Shown here in pieces: positions 13,361 to 27,011 of a stretch of 64,000 nt of DNA. The translations under genes and the position numbers were made by a program. How positions within the stretch are numbered: position 1 is the stretch's first letter; the number at the start of each line of letters is the position of its first letter. Location: contig NC_058368.1 of the NCBI RefSeq assembly GCF_018350175.1, positions 170,626,001 through 170,690,000 of the forward strand. The letters are read 5' to 3'. The notes beneath the pieces are model-generated. The model searched no databases and was not told where the DNA came from. It worked only from the letters and a program-made list of their open reading frames with translations. The DNA comes from Felis catus. Lineage: Eukaryota.

Positions 13361-14642
13361 TTAAAAAAAAATTTACATCCAAGTTAGTTAGCATATAGTG
13401 CAACAATGATTTCAGATGATTCAATGGAATCAGTAGATTCCTTAGTGCCCCTTACCCATTTAGCCCATCCCCCCCGCCACAACCCCTCTGGTAACCCTCT
13501 GTTTGTTCTCCATATTTAAGTCTCTTATGTTTTGTCCCGTCCCTGTTTTTATATTATTTTTGCTTCCCTTCCCTTGTGTTCATCTGTTTTGTATCTTAAA
13601 GTCTTCATATGAGTGAAGTCATATGATATTTGTCTTTCTCTGACTGATTAATTTCTCTTAGCATAATATCTTCTAGTTCCATCCATGTAGTTACAAATGG
13701 CAAGATTTCATTCTTTTTGATTGCCGAGTAATACTCCATTGTGTATGTATATGTATATGTATATGTGTATGTATATGTATGTGTATGTGTATGTGTATGT
13801 GTGTATACACATACACATATACATGCACACCACGTCCTCTTTCCATTCATCCATTGATGGACTTTGGGCTCTTTCCATACTTTGGCTATTGTTGGTAGTA
13901 TACATGTGCCCCTTCGAAATAGCATACCTGTATCTCTTGGATAAATACCTAGTAGTGCAAATGCTAGGTTGTAGGGTAGTTCTATTTTTAATTTTTTGAG
14001 GAATTAACATACTGTTTTCCAGAGTAGCTGCACCAGTTTGCATTCCCACCTGCAGTGCAAAAGAGATCCTCCTTCTCCACATCCTCTCCAACATCTGTTG
14101 TTGCCTGAGTTGTTAATGTTAGCCGTTCTGACAGGTGTGAGGTGGTATCTCATTGTGGTTTTGATTTGTATTTCCCTGATGATGAGTAATGTTGAGCATT
14201 TTTTGATGTGTTAGCTGGCCATCTGGATGTCTTCTTTGGAGAAGTGTCTATTCATGTCTTTTGCCCATTTCTTCACTGGAATATTTGTTTTTTGGGTGTT
14301 GAGTTTGATAAGTTCTTTTTTTAAAAATTGTTTAATGTTTTTATTTAATTTTGAGACATAGAGAGACAGAGCATGAGCTGGGGAGGGGCAGAGAGAGGGG
14401 GAGACACAGAATCTGAAGCGGGCTGCAGGCTCTGATCTGTCAGCACAGAGGCAGACGCAGGGCTCAAACTCACGGAGTGTGAGATCATGACCTGAGCTGA
14501 AGTCAGACGCTTAACTGACTGAGCCACCCAGTCTCCCCGAGTTTGATAAGTTCTTTATAGTTTGGATACTAACCCTTTATCTGATATGTCGTTTGCAAAT
14601 ATCTTCTCCCATTCCATAAGTTGCCTTTTAGTTTTGCTGATT
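13361..14642 (-). mobile_element. 5'-truncated carnivore L1 (ORF2 C-terminus and 3'UTR)
   Basis: ORF2 C-terminal peptides (MEYYSAIKKNEILPF, WMELEDIML). TSD aagagat(c/a)ctctt at 13348-13360 and 14643-14655. Confidence 0.93.
14319..14539 (-). mobile_element. Can-SINE nested in L1
   Basis: TSD gagtttgataagttcttt. Confidence 0.93.
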
Positions 14643-16814
14643 AAGAGATACTCTTATAGAATTTTATATCCCTGCCTTCCCCCCTTTTCCCCTGGTGTTT
14701 GATGAGGCAAAGGAACAGTTTTTGGTCTGAACTTACAGAAAATGAAAAGCAGAAAGTATGTGGCTAAAGCGATCTTCCTGTGGAAGAGCAGAGAGGTCCC
14801 TTTATCCACTGATGGATAAAGAGAAATATATGTTTTCCTAAACCAGATGTCAGTCATAAAAATAGAGCCATTTGGATAAATGGACCAAAAAGAGGCTGGA
14901 GGTAACCTTAGATACTGAATCTGAGGGCAAAATCTTAAGTGGCCAGGCCAGAAACAGAGCTCTGCCTATATTAACAGAGCTACAATTGGATGTTCCTAGT
15001 GAAGAAATCTCTACAAAACCCACAAAAATACCCTATGAAGTCAGCATTGAAAAATCATCAAGCCCAGAGAGCACACTCACTATGTCACAACACCACTTCC
15101 CCATCAAGTCAGACTTTTTATTCCCCTTTATTCCCTTATCCCATCTCTGACTCTGCCCAGCTCCAACCCTGGAGCGTCCTAATATCACAGCTAATGGTGT
15201 GAGTTTGAGTGAGGAGGAGCTGACAAAGCAAGGGCAGAAGTTCCCACACACACCCTGCCCTCTCCTGCCGAATTGCATCCTGAAATGAACCTGAGCTGGG
15301 GGAGAGAGAAGTGAAGCGTTAAATAAAATCCCAATGTAGACTATTTTACTAAAATGGACAGTTGAATCCCTTAAATAAAACTGTAGTTGTTACTCGAAGT
15401 GACTGGAGGATTTTTTTTTTTTTTTTTTTACTGTCTAACGAGGAAAGCTATGACGTTTTCTCAATATTTTATCCAATGAGAGGGGATGAATAAGACTGTA
15501 GAATGGATTTAAGAGGATAATTAAAAATAAATAACTTTGTAATATGTTTGCATCCTATCAATTACTGCTAGTTCAACATACCAGTTACATAGTCTTAACT
15601 CATTTATTTTCAATCTTTGTTGTTTACTAATATGTGCATTTAAATTTATGAATACTTCTCTGAATACTGACTGTTTTGACCACATTACACAGATTATTAT
15701 AATTAGTGCTTTCATTTTATTCATTATAATAAATTCATTATTCATATTCATTTATTCATTATTCATTATAAATTATAATTGTAATTTCAACTTTACTTTC
15801 ATCTGAAGGGCATTTAAAAATTTACAAGTGTATGACTCCTTTTGCTATTTTTTGTTGTCAGTTTCTAATTTATTGCAATTTGGAAAGAAAATTTACCCTC
15901 TATGATTTGTCTGTTTGAATAATGAGAATTTTCTTTGTGGCTCAACACACATATTTCTACCAGGGGGCTTAAACCCAGTATCAAAGGGAGCAGTTCTTGT
16001 GCCCCTAAATTCTTCCTTATGCAATTTCATGTTCTGACTTCCTTGATTTAGAAACATCAGGATCCAAACACATGTCACTCCATGTTGGCTATGTCCTACA
16101 GCTCCTTCACACCATCATCCCTTTCCTGGTATAGCAGCCCCCACACATCCCTGATATGTTATGTTGTGACTTGACCCTAGTTATTGGTCTGGAGACCTGG
16201 GGGAATGGTGAGAGGATAGATGCTGAGTGGGATGCATACTTTCTTGCAAGACACAGACCTCTGGACCATCTCCAAGCAAGGGAGGTGTGACAGCCTTTTT
16301 AAGGGAGGGGTGGGCCACTTCTACAGGTCCAGATGGTTCAGGGAAATCTGAGATTTCAAGTTTCTCCAGTACATCAACCAAGATGGTTCCATACTAACAC
16401 TCAGAGTCACACTCATGATGATGAAGGGCCTGACCTTGGTAGAGCAGACTTTCCAGGATTGAGAATTTAGCTTTGTTTGCAGCCAGCTATATTTATAATT
16501 AAGTCCTGTACCTGATTCACAACTCTTTCTTTCTGTTGTCCTATTGCAGGAGGAGAGATTCTCTTCAAAAGCTGCCAAGGAGACTCCCTATCTTCCCCAC
16601 TTTGCCCTAAATTGATGATTAATCATCACTGGGCTTTTATTTTCCTTCTCCAGTGCCTGGTTGTACTCAACAAATTCCGTCTGATTCCATTGTCCTTATA
16701 ATTATGACTTTTCTCAAACTTGTTGAAGATTTGAGACCTTGAACACATCAGTGCTTTTCCTTCCACTATGATCCCATCTCAGTTAACCACCAGTGGAATT
16801 TTAATGGTTTACTC

Positions 16815-17295
16815 TGCAAGAGCTAGTCTCCTAAGATGACCCCAGTGCCACCGCATCCTACATGTGTATGTTACACATCCTATTTCCTCTCCCTTTGAAT
16901 CTGGCTTATGCTTGTGATTGCTTTGATCAATAGAATACGAAATGAGTGATGCTTTGGCCTAGAATTGACCTAGCAGTTTCCACATCCTCTCTTTTGGAAC
17001 ACTTGTTTTTGGGATGTTCCCTCTTGGAACCCAGCTGCCATGCTGTGAAAAGCCCACTTGTAGGCATGCTGATCGCCAGTCCCAGGTGATCTCACAGTTG
17101 AAGCCAGCATCAGCTTCCAACCATGTGAATGAGCTCAATTAAGCTCATGACTTGATGACTGCAACCCCAGCTGACCTCATTGAAGCTGGAGAACTGCCCA
17201 ACTGAGCCCACAGAATCATGAGAAATAATGAAATGGTTATTTTAAGACACTAAGCTTCGGAATTACTTGTTATGCAACAATAAGTAATCAGAAAA
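16815..17295 (+). mobile_element. MaLR LTR (MLT1H-like)
   Basis: ggaacccagctgccatgctgtg...gagcccacagaatcatgagaaataa...ttgttatgcaacaata. Confidence 0.75.
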
Positions 17296-17434
17296 TGTTG
17301 CCACAGTATGTCGGGAGATACCATACTCCATTCACTGTTAATAGTGGGATCTTCACTGTTAACCAGCTGGTGAGTGATTTGGCTACAAAAATTTCATCCT
17401 TAAAGTCTGCTTCCTTGGACCACTTAGCATCAAC

Positions 17435-17740
17435 TGCCTGAAATCAGGTCCCCTTAGAAATATTTGTTGAGATAGAGAAGACAGATAAGCATGCACAAAG
17501 TGTATTGGAGAGCAATGAGAAACAATGCCTGTGAGGGAGTAAGTAAGGACTGAGCAGAAGGAGAAGTTGAACTATGATGTATTTGTCCCAGAGGTTTCAG
17601 CCAATCCTGCAGGGAGCTCTGAAGATGGGACCTTCAGAGGTGTCCTAAATTGAGGTAAAAAGTATGGGATGAGTAATTGGATGCAGGCTGCTTCCAGGGA
17701 GGGGGCCAACATTGAGAGCGGCATCCGTGACAGTGCACCA
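17435..17740 (-). mobile_element. ERVL-type LTR fragment (LTR33-like)
   Basis: Motifs caggtccccttagaa...cagccaatcctgcagggagctctg. Confidence 0.35.
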
Positions 17741-18082
17741 CTCTACTGCCAATTTCAATATTTTATAAGGCTGTTTTATTTTCACCCCTTTTATCTATCA
17801 CACTTTTGTTTGACTTAGTTGTTTGAAAACTATAACCACTTTCTATTCTTTTGATTTTTATCCTTACATGTTTGAATGTGCATTAACCTTATAACTTTCT
17901 ATCAATGTCCATATTTAATCAGAATATCTCTTCTTTGCTTGGAAGGCATGGGATTTATAGTCTATTTTTATGTTTTCTTCTCTTAACCTCTCTCCTCTGC
18001 TGCCGCTCATGCTTCTAGACTGATGTATTATATAAATACACATTATTTTATTTGCACTAATAACTTTTAAAACTTAGATTTT

Positions 18083-18305
18083 TGGGGGCGCCTGGGTGGC
18101 TCAGTCGGTTGAGTGTCCGACTTCGGCTCGGGTCATGATCTCACGGTCTGTGAGTTCGAACCCCGCGTCGGGCTCTGTGCTGACAGCTCAGAGCCTGGGG
18201 CCTGTTTCGGATTCTGTGTCTCCCTCTCTCTCTGACCCTCCCCTGTTCATGCTCTGTCTCTCTCTGTCTCAAAAATAAATAAATGTTAAAAAAATTTTTT
18301 TAAAA
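18083..18305 (+). mobile_element. Can-SINE (SINEC_Fc-type)
   Basis: CpG-retaining body; TSD aaaac(t/a)tagattttt. Confidence 0.94.
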
Positions 18306-20014
18306 AACATAGATTTTTTGCTCATTTAGCATTCTTTCTTGTATCCTGTGTCACTCCTGTGCATATAAAATGTTTTATTGCAGTTCATCCTATAGTGATT
18401 ATTTTTTAAATTTATTTATTTTAATTCAAGTTAGTTAACATACAGTGTAGCATTGGTTTCAGGAGTAGAACCCAGTGATTTATCACTTACATATAACACC
18501 CAGTGCTCATCCCAACAAGTGCCCTCTTAATGCCCATCATCCATTTAGCCCATCTCCCCACCCACCTCTCCTCCAGCAACCCTTAGTTTGTTCTCTGTAT
18601 TTAAGTCTCTTATGGTTTGCTTCCCTGTTTTTATATTATTTTCCCTTCCCCATGTTCATCTGTTCTGTTTCTTAAATTCCACATGATTGTAATCGTATAT
18701 TTGTCTTTTACTTATTTCTCTTAGCATAAATACACTGTAGTTCTGTTCACATTGTTGCAAGTGGCAAGATTTCATTCTTTTGAATTGCCGAGCAATATTC
18801 CATTGTGTATATATACCACATCTTCTTTATCCATTCATCAGTTGATGGATATTTGGGCTCTCTCCATAGCTTGGCTGTTGCTGATAGTGCTTCTGTAAAC
18901 ATTGGGATCCATGTGCCCCTTTGAATCAGCATTTTTGTGTCCTTTGGATGAATAGCTAGTACTGCAATTGCTGGGTCATAGGGTAGTTCTGTACTGTTAC
19001 CCAGAGTGGCTGCACTAGTTTGCATTCCTACCAGCAGTGCAAAAGTGTTCCTCTTTCTTTGCATCCTCACCAACATCTGTTGTTTCCTGAGTTGTTAATT
19101 TTAACCATTCTGACAGGTGTGAGGTGGTATCTCATCATGGTTTTGATTTGTATTTCTCTGATGATGAGTGATGTTGAGCATCTTTTTATGTATCTGTTAG
19201 CCATCTGGATGTCTTCTTTAGAAAAGTGTCTATTCATGTCTTCTGCCTGTTTTATCACTGGGTTATTTGGGTTTTTTGGGTGTTGAGTTTGATAAGGTCT
19301 TTATAGATTTTGGATTTTAACCTTTATCCAGTATGTCATTTGCAAATATCTTCTTCCATTCCTCTGGTTGCTTTTTGTTTTGTAGATGGTTTCCTATGCT
19401 GTGCAGAAGCTTTTTATCTGATGAGGTCCCAGTAGTACATTTTTGCTATTATTTCCCTTGCCTCCGGAGACATGTCTAGTAAGAAGTTGCTGTGGCCGAG
19501 GTCAAAGAGGTTGCTGTCTGTTTTCTCTTGTGGGAGTTTGATGGTTTTCTGTCTCACATTTAGGTCTTTCATCTGTTTTGAATTTATTTATGTGTGTGGT
19601 GTAAGAAAGTGGTCCAGTTTCATTCTTCTGCATGTCACTGTCCAGTTTTCCCAGCACCATTTGAAAAGACTGTCTTTTCTTCCACTGGATATTCTGTCCT
19701 GCTTTGTCAAAGATTAGTTAGCCATACATTTGTGGGGCCATTTCTGGGTTCTCTATTTTGTTCATTGATATTTGTGTCTGTTTTTGTGCCACTACCACAT
19801 TATCTTGATTATAGCTTTGTAATATAACTTGAAATCTGGAATTGTGATACCTCCAGCTTAGGTTTTCTTTTTCAACATTACATTGGCTATCCAGGGTCTT
19901 TTGTGGTTCCACACAAATTTTTCAATTGTTTGTTCTGTCTATGTGGAGAATGCTGGTATTATTTTCATAGAGATTGCATTGAATGTTTAGATTACTTTGG
20001 GTAGTATTGACATT

Positions 20015-20214
20015 TAAAAAAATTTTTTTAATGTTTATTTATTTTTGAGAGAAAAAGGAGGGTGCAGAGAGAGTGGAAAACACAGAATCCGAAGCAGGCT
20101 CTAGGCTCTGAGCTGTCAGCCCCAAGTCTGATGCAGGGCTCAAACGCATAAACTGTGAGACCATGACCTGAGCCAAAGTCAGATGCTTAACCAACTGAGC
20201 CACCCAAGTGCCCC
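20015..20214 (-). mobile_element. Can-SINE nested in L1 ORF2
   Basis: Reverse-complement SINE body. Confidence 0.9.
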
Positions 20215-22613
20215 AATGTCAACATTTTAACAATATTTGTTTTTCCAGTCCATGAGCATAGAATGCTTTTCCACTTTTGTGTCTTCTTCAATTTCTTTAA
20301 TAAGTTTTCTATAGTTTTTAGCATACAGATCTTTTACCTCTTTGGTTAGATTTATTCCTTGGTATCTCATGGTTTTTGGTACAATTGTAAATTGGATCGA
20401 TTCCTTGATTTCTCATTCTGCTGTTTCATTATCAGTGTATAGAAATGCAACTGATTTCTGTATGTTGATTTTATATCCTACTTTGAAGAATTCATATATC
20501 TGTTCTAGCAGCTTTTTGGTGGAGTCTTCTGGGTTTTCCACATAGAGTATCATGTCATCTGCCAAGATTTCTTCCTTGCCAATTTGTATGCCTTTTATTT
20601 CTTTTTGTTTATTTCTTTTGTTGTTTCTTTTTGTTGTCTGATTGCTGAAGCTAGGGCTTCCAGTACTATTTTGAACAACAGTTGTAAGAGTGGACATCGC
20701 TTTCATGTTCCTGACCTTAGGGGGAAAGCTCTCAGTTTTTCCCCATTGAGGATGGTCTCAGCTGTGGGTCTTTCATATATGGTCTTTATGATGGTTTAGG
20801 TGTGTTCCTTCTGTCCTTACTTGCTTGATGGTTTTTTTATCAAGAAAGGATGCTGTATTTTGTCAAATGCTTTTTCTGCATCTGTTGAGAGAATCATATG
20901 GTTCTTAGCCTTTCTACTATTAATGTGATGTATCATGTTGATTGATTTACAAATATTGAATCAGCCCTGCAGCATAGGAATAAATCCCACTTGGTCATGG
21001 TAAATAATTATTTTAATATACTGTTGGACTGGATTTGCTGATATCTTGTCGAGAATTTTTGCCTTGATGTTCATCAGGAGTAGTGGTCTGTAATTCTCCT
21101 TTTTAGTGGGGTTTTTGTCTGGTTTGGGAATCAAGATAATGCTGGCTTCATTAATGAGTTTGGAAGCTTTCCTTCTATTTCTATTTTTTGGAACAGTTTG
21201 AGAAGAATAGGTACTAACTCTTCTTTAATTTAGAATTCCCCTGGGAAGCCATCTGGCCTAGGACTCTTGTTTGTTGGGAGAGTTTTGATTATTGACTCAA
21301 TTCCTTTGTTATGTGTCTGTTCAAATTTTCTGTTTCTTCCTGTTTCAATTTTGTTGGTGCTTGAGTTTCTAGGAATTTGTCCTTTTCTTCCAGATTGCCC
21401 AGTTTGTTGGTACATAATTTTTCATATTATTCTCTTATAATTGTTTGTGTTTCTATGGTGTTGATTGTGATCTCCTTCATCTGTGATTTTATCTATTTGG
21501 GTCTTCTCTCTTTTCTTTTTGATAAGTCTGACTTATCTGTTTCTGTTTGTTTCTATATCATTTATTTCTGCTCCAATTTTTATTATTTCCCTTCTTCTCC
21601 TGGGCTTTAGGCTTTATTTTGCTGATCCTTTTCTAGCTCCTTTAGGTGTAAGGTTATGCTGTGTATTTGGAACCTTTCTTGCTTCTTGAGATAGACCTGA
21701 AAAGCAGTGTACTTTCCCCTTAGCACTGCCTTTGCTGCATCCCAAAAGATCTGGACTTTCATGTTTTCATTTTCATTGGCTTCCATGTACTTTTAAATTT
21801 CATCTTTAATGTCCTGATTAACTCATTCATTCTTTAGTAGGATATTCTTTAATAGGCACTGTGTGATCTTGATCTTTTTGTACCTGTTGAGGGCTGTTTT
21901 GTGATCCAGTATGTGATCTAGTCTGGAGAACGTTCCATGTACACTTGAGAAGAATGTGTATTCTTCTGCTTTAAGATGAAATGTTCTGAATATATCTGTT
22001 AAGTCCAGCTGGTCCAGTGTGTCATTCAAATCCATTGTTTCCTTTTAATTTTCTGCTTAGGTTAGCAGTTCATTACTATAAGTAGGGTATTAAAGTCCCC
22101 TACTATTATGGTATTATTATCAAGGAGTTTATGTTTGTGATTAATTGTTTTATATATTTGGGAGCTTACAAGATGCGGCATGAATATTTACTATTGTTAG
22201 ATCTCCCTGAGGGATAGACCAGTTAATTATAATATAATGCCTTTGTTCATTTCTTGTTAAGTATTTGTTTTAAAATCTAGTTTGTCTGATATAAATATGG
22301 CTGCTCTGGCTTTCTTTTGATGTTCATTAGCATGGTAGATGCTTCTGCATCCTCTCACTTTCAATCGGCAGATGTCCTTACATCTAAAAAGAGTCTCTTA
22401 TAGGCAGCATATAGATGGAACTTGTTTTTTTAATCCATTCTGATAACCTATGTCTTTTTATTGGAGCATTTAGTCCATTTACATTCAGAGTGATTATTGA
22501 AAGGTATGAATTTAGTGCCACTGTGTTGCCTGTAGAGTTGGTATTTCTGGTGATATTCTCTGGTTCTTTGTAGTCTTTGTTGCTTTGGTCTTCTTTTCTT
22601 TTCTATTCTTTTC

Positions 22614-22646
<33 letters not shown>

Positions 22647-24019
22647 AACTCCACTCAGAGAGTCCCCCTTAAAATTTCTTGCAGGGCTGGTTTAGTGGTC
22701 ATGAACTCTTTTAGTTTTGTTTGTCTGGGGAATTTTTTATCTCTCCTTCTATTCTGAATGACAGCCTTGCTGGATAAAGAATTCCTGGCTGCCTATTTTC
22801 CCCATTCAGCACAATGAATATTTCCTGCCACTTCCTTCTGGCCTGCCAAGTTTCAGTAGGCAGGTCTGATGCTAACCTTATGTGTCTACCCCTGTAGGTA
22901 AAGGACCTTTTGTCCCTAGCTGCTTTCAGAATTCTCTATCTTTGTTATTTTGCAAGTTTCACTGTGATATGGAATGGTATTGACCTGTTTTGTTGACTTT
23001 GAGGGGAGTTCTCTGTACCTCTTGGATTTGAATACCTGTTTCCTTTCCACATTAGGGAAGTTCTCAGGTGTAATTTGTTCAAATAAACCTTCTGTCCCTT
23101 TTCCCCCACTCTTCTTCTGTGACTCCTGTGATGTGGATATTGTTTCATTTTATAGAATCACTAAATTCTTTAAGTCTTCACTCATTATCTAATACTTCCC
23201 TTTCACTCTTCATTTCAGCTTCATTATTTTCCACAATTTTATCTTCTATATCACCTATTCTCTGCTTCTTCAGTCCTCATTGGACTGTATCCTGCCGGTT
23301 TTGTATCTGAGCTATAGCATTTTTTAATTTCAGCCTGAGTAATATTTAGGTCTTTTATCTCTGCAGCAGGGGTTTCACTAGTGTCTTCTCTGCTTTTTTG
23401 AAGCCCAGCTAGTAGTCTTATGACTATTGTTCTAAATTCTTGTTCAGATATATTGCTTATATCTGTTTTGAGCAAGTCTCTGGCTGTGATTTTTTCTTGA
23501 TCTTTCTTTTGGGGAGAATTCCTCTGTCTGGTCACTTTGACTAAGTTTCTGTCTTTTGCATGTTTTAAAAATTTGTTATGTTTCCTTCACCAGAGAGTAC
23601 TGCTATATTAAAAAGGGATCATACATGGTCCAGGGCCTGGAACTTCAGAAAGTGTTTCTGGTATAAGCTGTGTGCATTCTGCTGTTGTTTTGGCTTTCTC
23701 TTTCCCACTGGTCAGTCCTCTGCAGAGCTCTTCCTTGCTTGTAGTGGGAAGTGTTCAGACCTTTAACTAGGTGTACTTCTATTTGTTTGTTCAAGTAAGC
23801 CTGGAAAAAAAAGGGCTGGGGGGGAGGCTGATCCCTGAAAAAAAGAGAGAAGAAAAGGGAAAAACAAACAGAGAATCAATAAACTATAAGGCTGAGTCCA
23901 AAGAAAAAGAAAGTGAAAAAAAAGAAGAAAAAAGAAAGAGAAAAGAATAAAAAGCCTGATCCCCCCCCCCAAAAAAAGAGAAAAGGAAATGAAAAAAGCA
24001 AGAAGCTATGAACCTGATT

Positions 24020-24052
24020 TTGAAAGAAGAAGAAGTAGAAGAAGAAGAAAAA

Positions 24053-24092
<40 letters not shown>

Positions 24093-24135
24093 AAAGAAAA
24101 GAAAAGAAAAGAAAGAAAAAGAAAAGAGAAAAAAA
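24020..24135. repeat. (GAA)n/(GAAA)n/(GAAAA)n compound repeat in the L1 5'UTR
   Basis: Direct observation. Confidence 0.92.
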
Positions 24136-25845
24136 GTAAGCCTGATCCTACTTCCACCAGAACTGTAGGTGTCATTTTGCAGCGCTGGATTTTCAATGTA
24201 CTTTGTTCATGAGGGGTACTCAATGTGCTGGTCTTTTGGAGGAGAGGCCCACTGTATTGGCTTAGAGTCAGTTTTGCCCCAGTAAATTAATAAATAGGTA
24301 GTAAATAAGCAGTGGCCAGGCACAGGGAGGCGAGATTTGGTGTAAGTGGGTCCCGCTTCCACTGGGGCTGCTGTGTTGCTCTCTGAAGTCCCCGGATATG
24401 GGTGTTGAGGGGAAAATGGTGCTAGCCCAATTTCTCATCCCAGAACCGGGGATCTCACACCCCTCGTAGAAATGCGAGGGCAGTCAGCTTACCCTGTGCC
24501 ACAACTCTCCTGCCATTTTTCTTTGGCACACAGCTGGGATTCAAAACCAGAATTATTAAAGTACCGGGAACTGTGCAGATCTGCCCCCTCCTCCCCTCCG
24601 GAGTAGAGCTTCTCCATTCTGTCTGAGGTCCTTTGTCTCTGGAAAACAGTCCCACACCTGCAGGCTGCATGGACTCTGTGGTGCAGCACCACTAAAAGCA
24701 GCAAAGGTTATATTCCCTCTTGGTGTGCCTCTGTCCTCTGCTAATGAAAGGCCTTATGCTGGTGCGTGCTGCGTCTTTTGTCCTTGGAGAAGCAATATAC
24801 CTTCTTCCAAACATATTCCAGGAAGGGGAATGTTCTCTCCCAAGGAACCCCAAGATGGCTACACCATGCTGTACACTTAGGGGCCAGCTTCCTCCACCCC
24901 AGGAGTGCTCACCACAGCTCTGCTCAAGAGAAAGCTGTGCATTTCCAAAACCTCAGAGTTTGAGCTCCAAATGCTGTTTGAGAGAAAAAAGTACTTCTTG
25001 CTCCCCAGTCTGTGATCCAGAGAGGTTTTCTTTCCTCCTATGTGAACTCAATGCTGACTTTCTCAGCCTCTCTCTCCTCTTTCCTTTGTCTGTCTCTCCA
25101 CAGAAAGGGTTCCCTCCCCTCCATGTCACTGCTGTTTTTTCTCTCCCCCAATTCACTCAAGCATCTCACACCTGCCACACCATCTCCTCTCACTGTGGAT
25201 CTTTCTGCCACTCCACAGATCAATTTTCTGGGTGCTCAAATGATCTGACCTCAATATAGCTGTGTTTGATGGATGAGGAAAACCCAGGGTCCCCCTACTT
25301 CTCCTCCATCTTAACTCCTTCCCTATTCAAAAACTGATTCAAAATCAGTTTTTTCTTTGAACTTTGAAGTGATTGCTTCATTGTCTTTGAGCATCCTGAG
25401 AAGTGTGATGAAATTCTTACTATTGTTTCTTTATAGGTAACTTGGTTATTCTCAGACATTTCAGAAAAAGAAGATCTATCTCCATGTGGGTCATTTTATC
25501 TTCACTTTTCTTCTAGAGTTTCAAATAAATGGAATCATGCAATATATACTCTCGCGGTCTGACTTTTTTCATTCAGCTTAATGTTTTTGAAACTCATGTT
25601 TCTGTGTGTATTAATAGTTTATTATTTTTATTGCTGAATAGTAAAGCTTAAATTTTTCTTTTCTAGTTATTTCTAATATATGGAAATATAATTTTATGTT
25701 AAATTTTGGATGACTTTATTCAATGACTATAAACTCATTAATTCTGATAATTTATAGATCTTTTGGATTTTCAACATAAGCAATCCTATCATTTATAAAT
25801 AATGACAGATCTTTTTTTTTTCTTTTAGTACCTATTCCTTTTAGT

Positions 25846-26060
25846 TTTTTTTAAGTTTATTTATTTTTGAGAGAGAGACAGAAAGAGCTAGTGGGGGAGT
25901 GGCAGAGAGAGAGAGAGAGAAGGAGAGAAAGAATTCCAAGCAGGCTCTGCACTGCCAGCATAAAGCCTGATGTGGGGCTAGATCTCAGGAACCATGGGAT
26001 CATGACCTGAGTCAAAACCAAGAGTTGAACACTCAACCGACCAAGCCACCCAGGCACTCC
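25846..26060 (-). mobile_element. Can-SINE
   Basis: Reverse-complement SINE body. Confidence 0.9.
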
Positions 26061-26660
26061 TAGCTTTTTTTTTTTTTTTTTAAATCTTGTCATTGCACTT
26101 GTTAAAAACCTACTGTAAAATACTGAGTAGAAGTAGAAGTGATGGTAGAGAGAATGTTTTCATCATTTCTGATCTCAGAGGGAAAATTTTCAGCATTTCA
26201 CCTTTAAGTCTGATTTTTGCTGCAGATTCTGTGCCTAGTTTGTTAAGTGTCTTTTTGGTTTTTACAATTAAAATGATTTGATTTTATCATTTTTTTCCCT
26301 GCATCTACTAAAATGGCCATATGATTTTTCTTCCTCTGTCTGCTATTGTGGGTGAAGTATATGGTTGATTTCATAATATTAAACTAACCTTGAATTCCTG
26401 GAAAGAACCAAACCTGATCATGATATAGTATTACTTATGATCTCGTATTGCTTAATTTTTAAAAATTTAGTCCACTAGTGATATTGGCCTGAAAATTTTT
26501 TCTTTCCTTATAATGTCTTTGTTACAAACCAACTGATCCTGGCTTCAAAAGGCAAGTTAAGAATTATTATTTCTTTCTCTTTTCTGGAACAGTTTATATA
26601 AGATTGATGTTATTTTTTTCTTAAAATGAAAAATTTACCAGTGAACCCATCTGGGTCTAG

Positions 26661-26662
<2 letters not shown>

Positions 26663-26698
<36 letters not shown>
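26663..26698. repeat. (GT)n microsatellite
   Basis: Direct observation. Confidence 0.95.
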
Positions 26699-26700
<2 letters not shown>

Positions 26701-26795
26701 GCGTTTTCATTAGAGTTTCAGTTTCTTTAATAAATATAGAGCCAGTCAGATTTTTATATTTCCATATCCTCTTATGACTTTTAAAATGTGCATCA

Positions 26796-27011
26796 GGGGC
26801 GCCTGGGTGGCGCAGTCGGTTAAGCGTCCGACTTCAGCCAGGTCATGATCTCGCGGTCCGTGAGTTCGAGCCCCGCGTCGGGCTCTGGGCTGATGGCTCA
26901 GAGCCTGGAGCCTGTTTCCGATTCTGTGTCTCCCTCTCTCTCTGCCCCTCCCCCGTTCATGCTCTGTCTCTCTCTGTCCCAAAAATAAATAAACGTTGAA
27001 AAAAAAATTTT
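26796..27011 (+). mobile_element. Young SINEC_Fc
   Basis: CpGs intact; perfect TSD aaaatgtgcatca. Confidence 0.96.

Larger units (their letters stand above)
13007..15560. mobile_element. Putative solo LTR (about 1.27 kb net), split by an L1
   Basis: Termini TGATAGGATG (13009-13018) and CATCCTATCA (15551-15560) are perfect inverted repeats. The block interrupts an older L1. Confidence 0.5.
18403..25323 (-). mobile_element. Near full-length (about 6.9 kb) carnivore L1, inactive
   Basis: The 5' end reads GGGAAGGAGTTAAGATGGAGGAG on the minus strand at about 25323. ORF1 N-terminus (TRQRNSPQKK...EFRTIVIRLLAG) at 23535. Endonuclease and RT fragments ([25 protein letters not shown]), ORF2 C-terminus, 3'UTR and A tail are present. 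ORFs are broken by stops, frameshifts and deletions. Confidence 0.95.

Noticed and set aside
24720..25259. 179-aa ORF antisense to the L1 5'UTR (ORF0-like idea)
   Set aside because: Non-ATG start, decayed element, no splice or conservation evidence.
25420..25445. tttctttatag|gtaact AG-GT motif
   Set aside because: Upstream of the gene and within old L1-like sequence; no evidence it is transcribed.
26746..26982. Recurrent ORFs such as MGQRETEHERGRG... and MAQSV... (also at 43880, 47002, 60640)
   Set aside because: These are translations of Can-SINE sequence, not a gene family.
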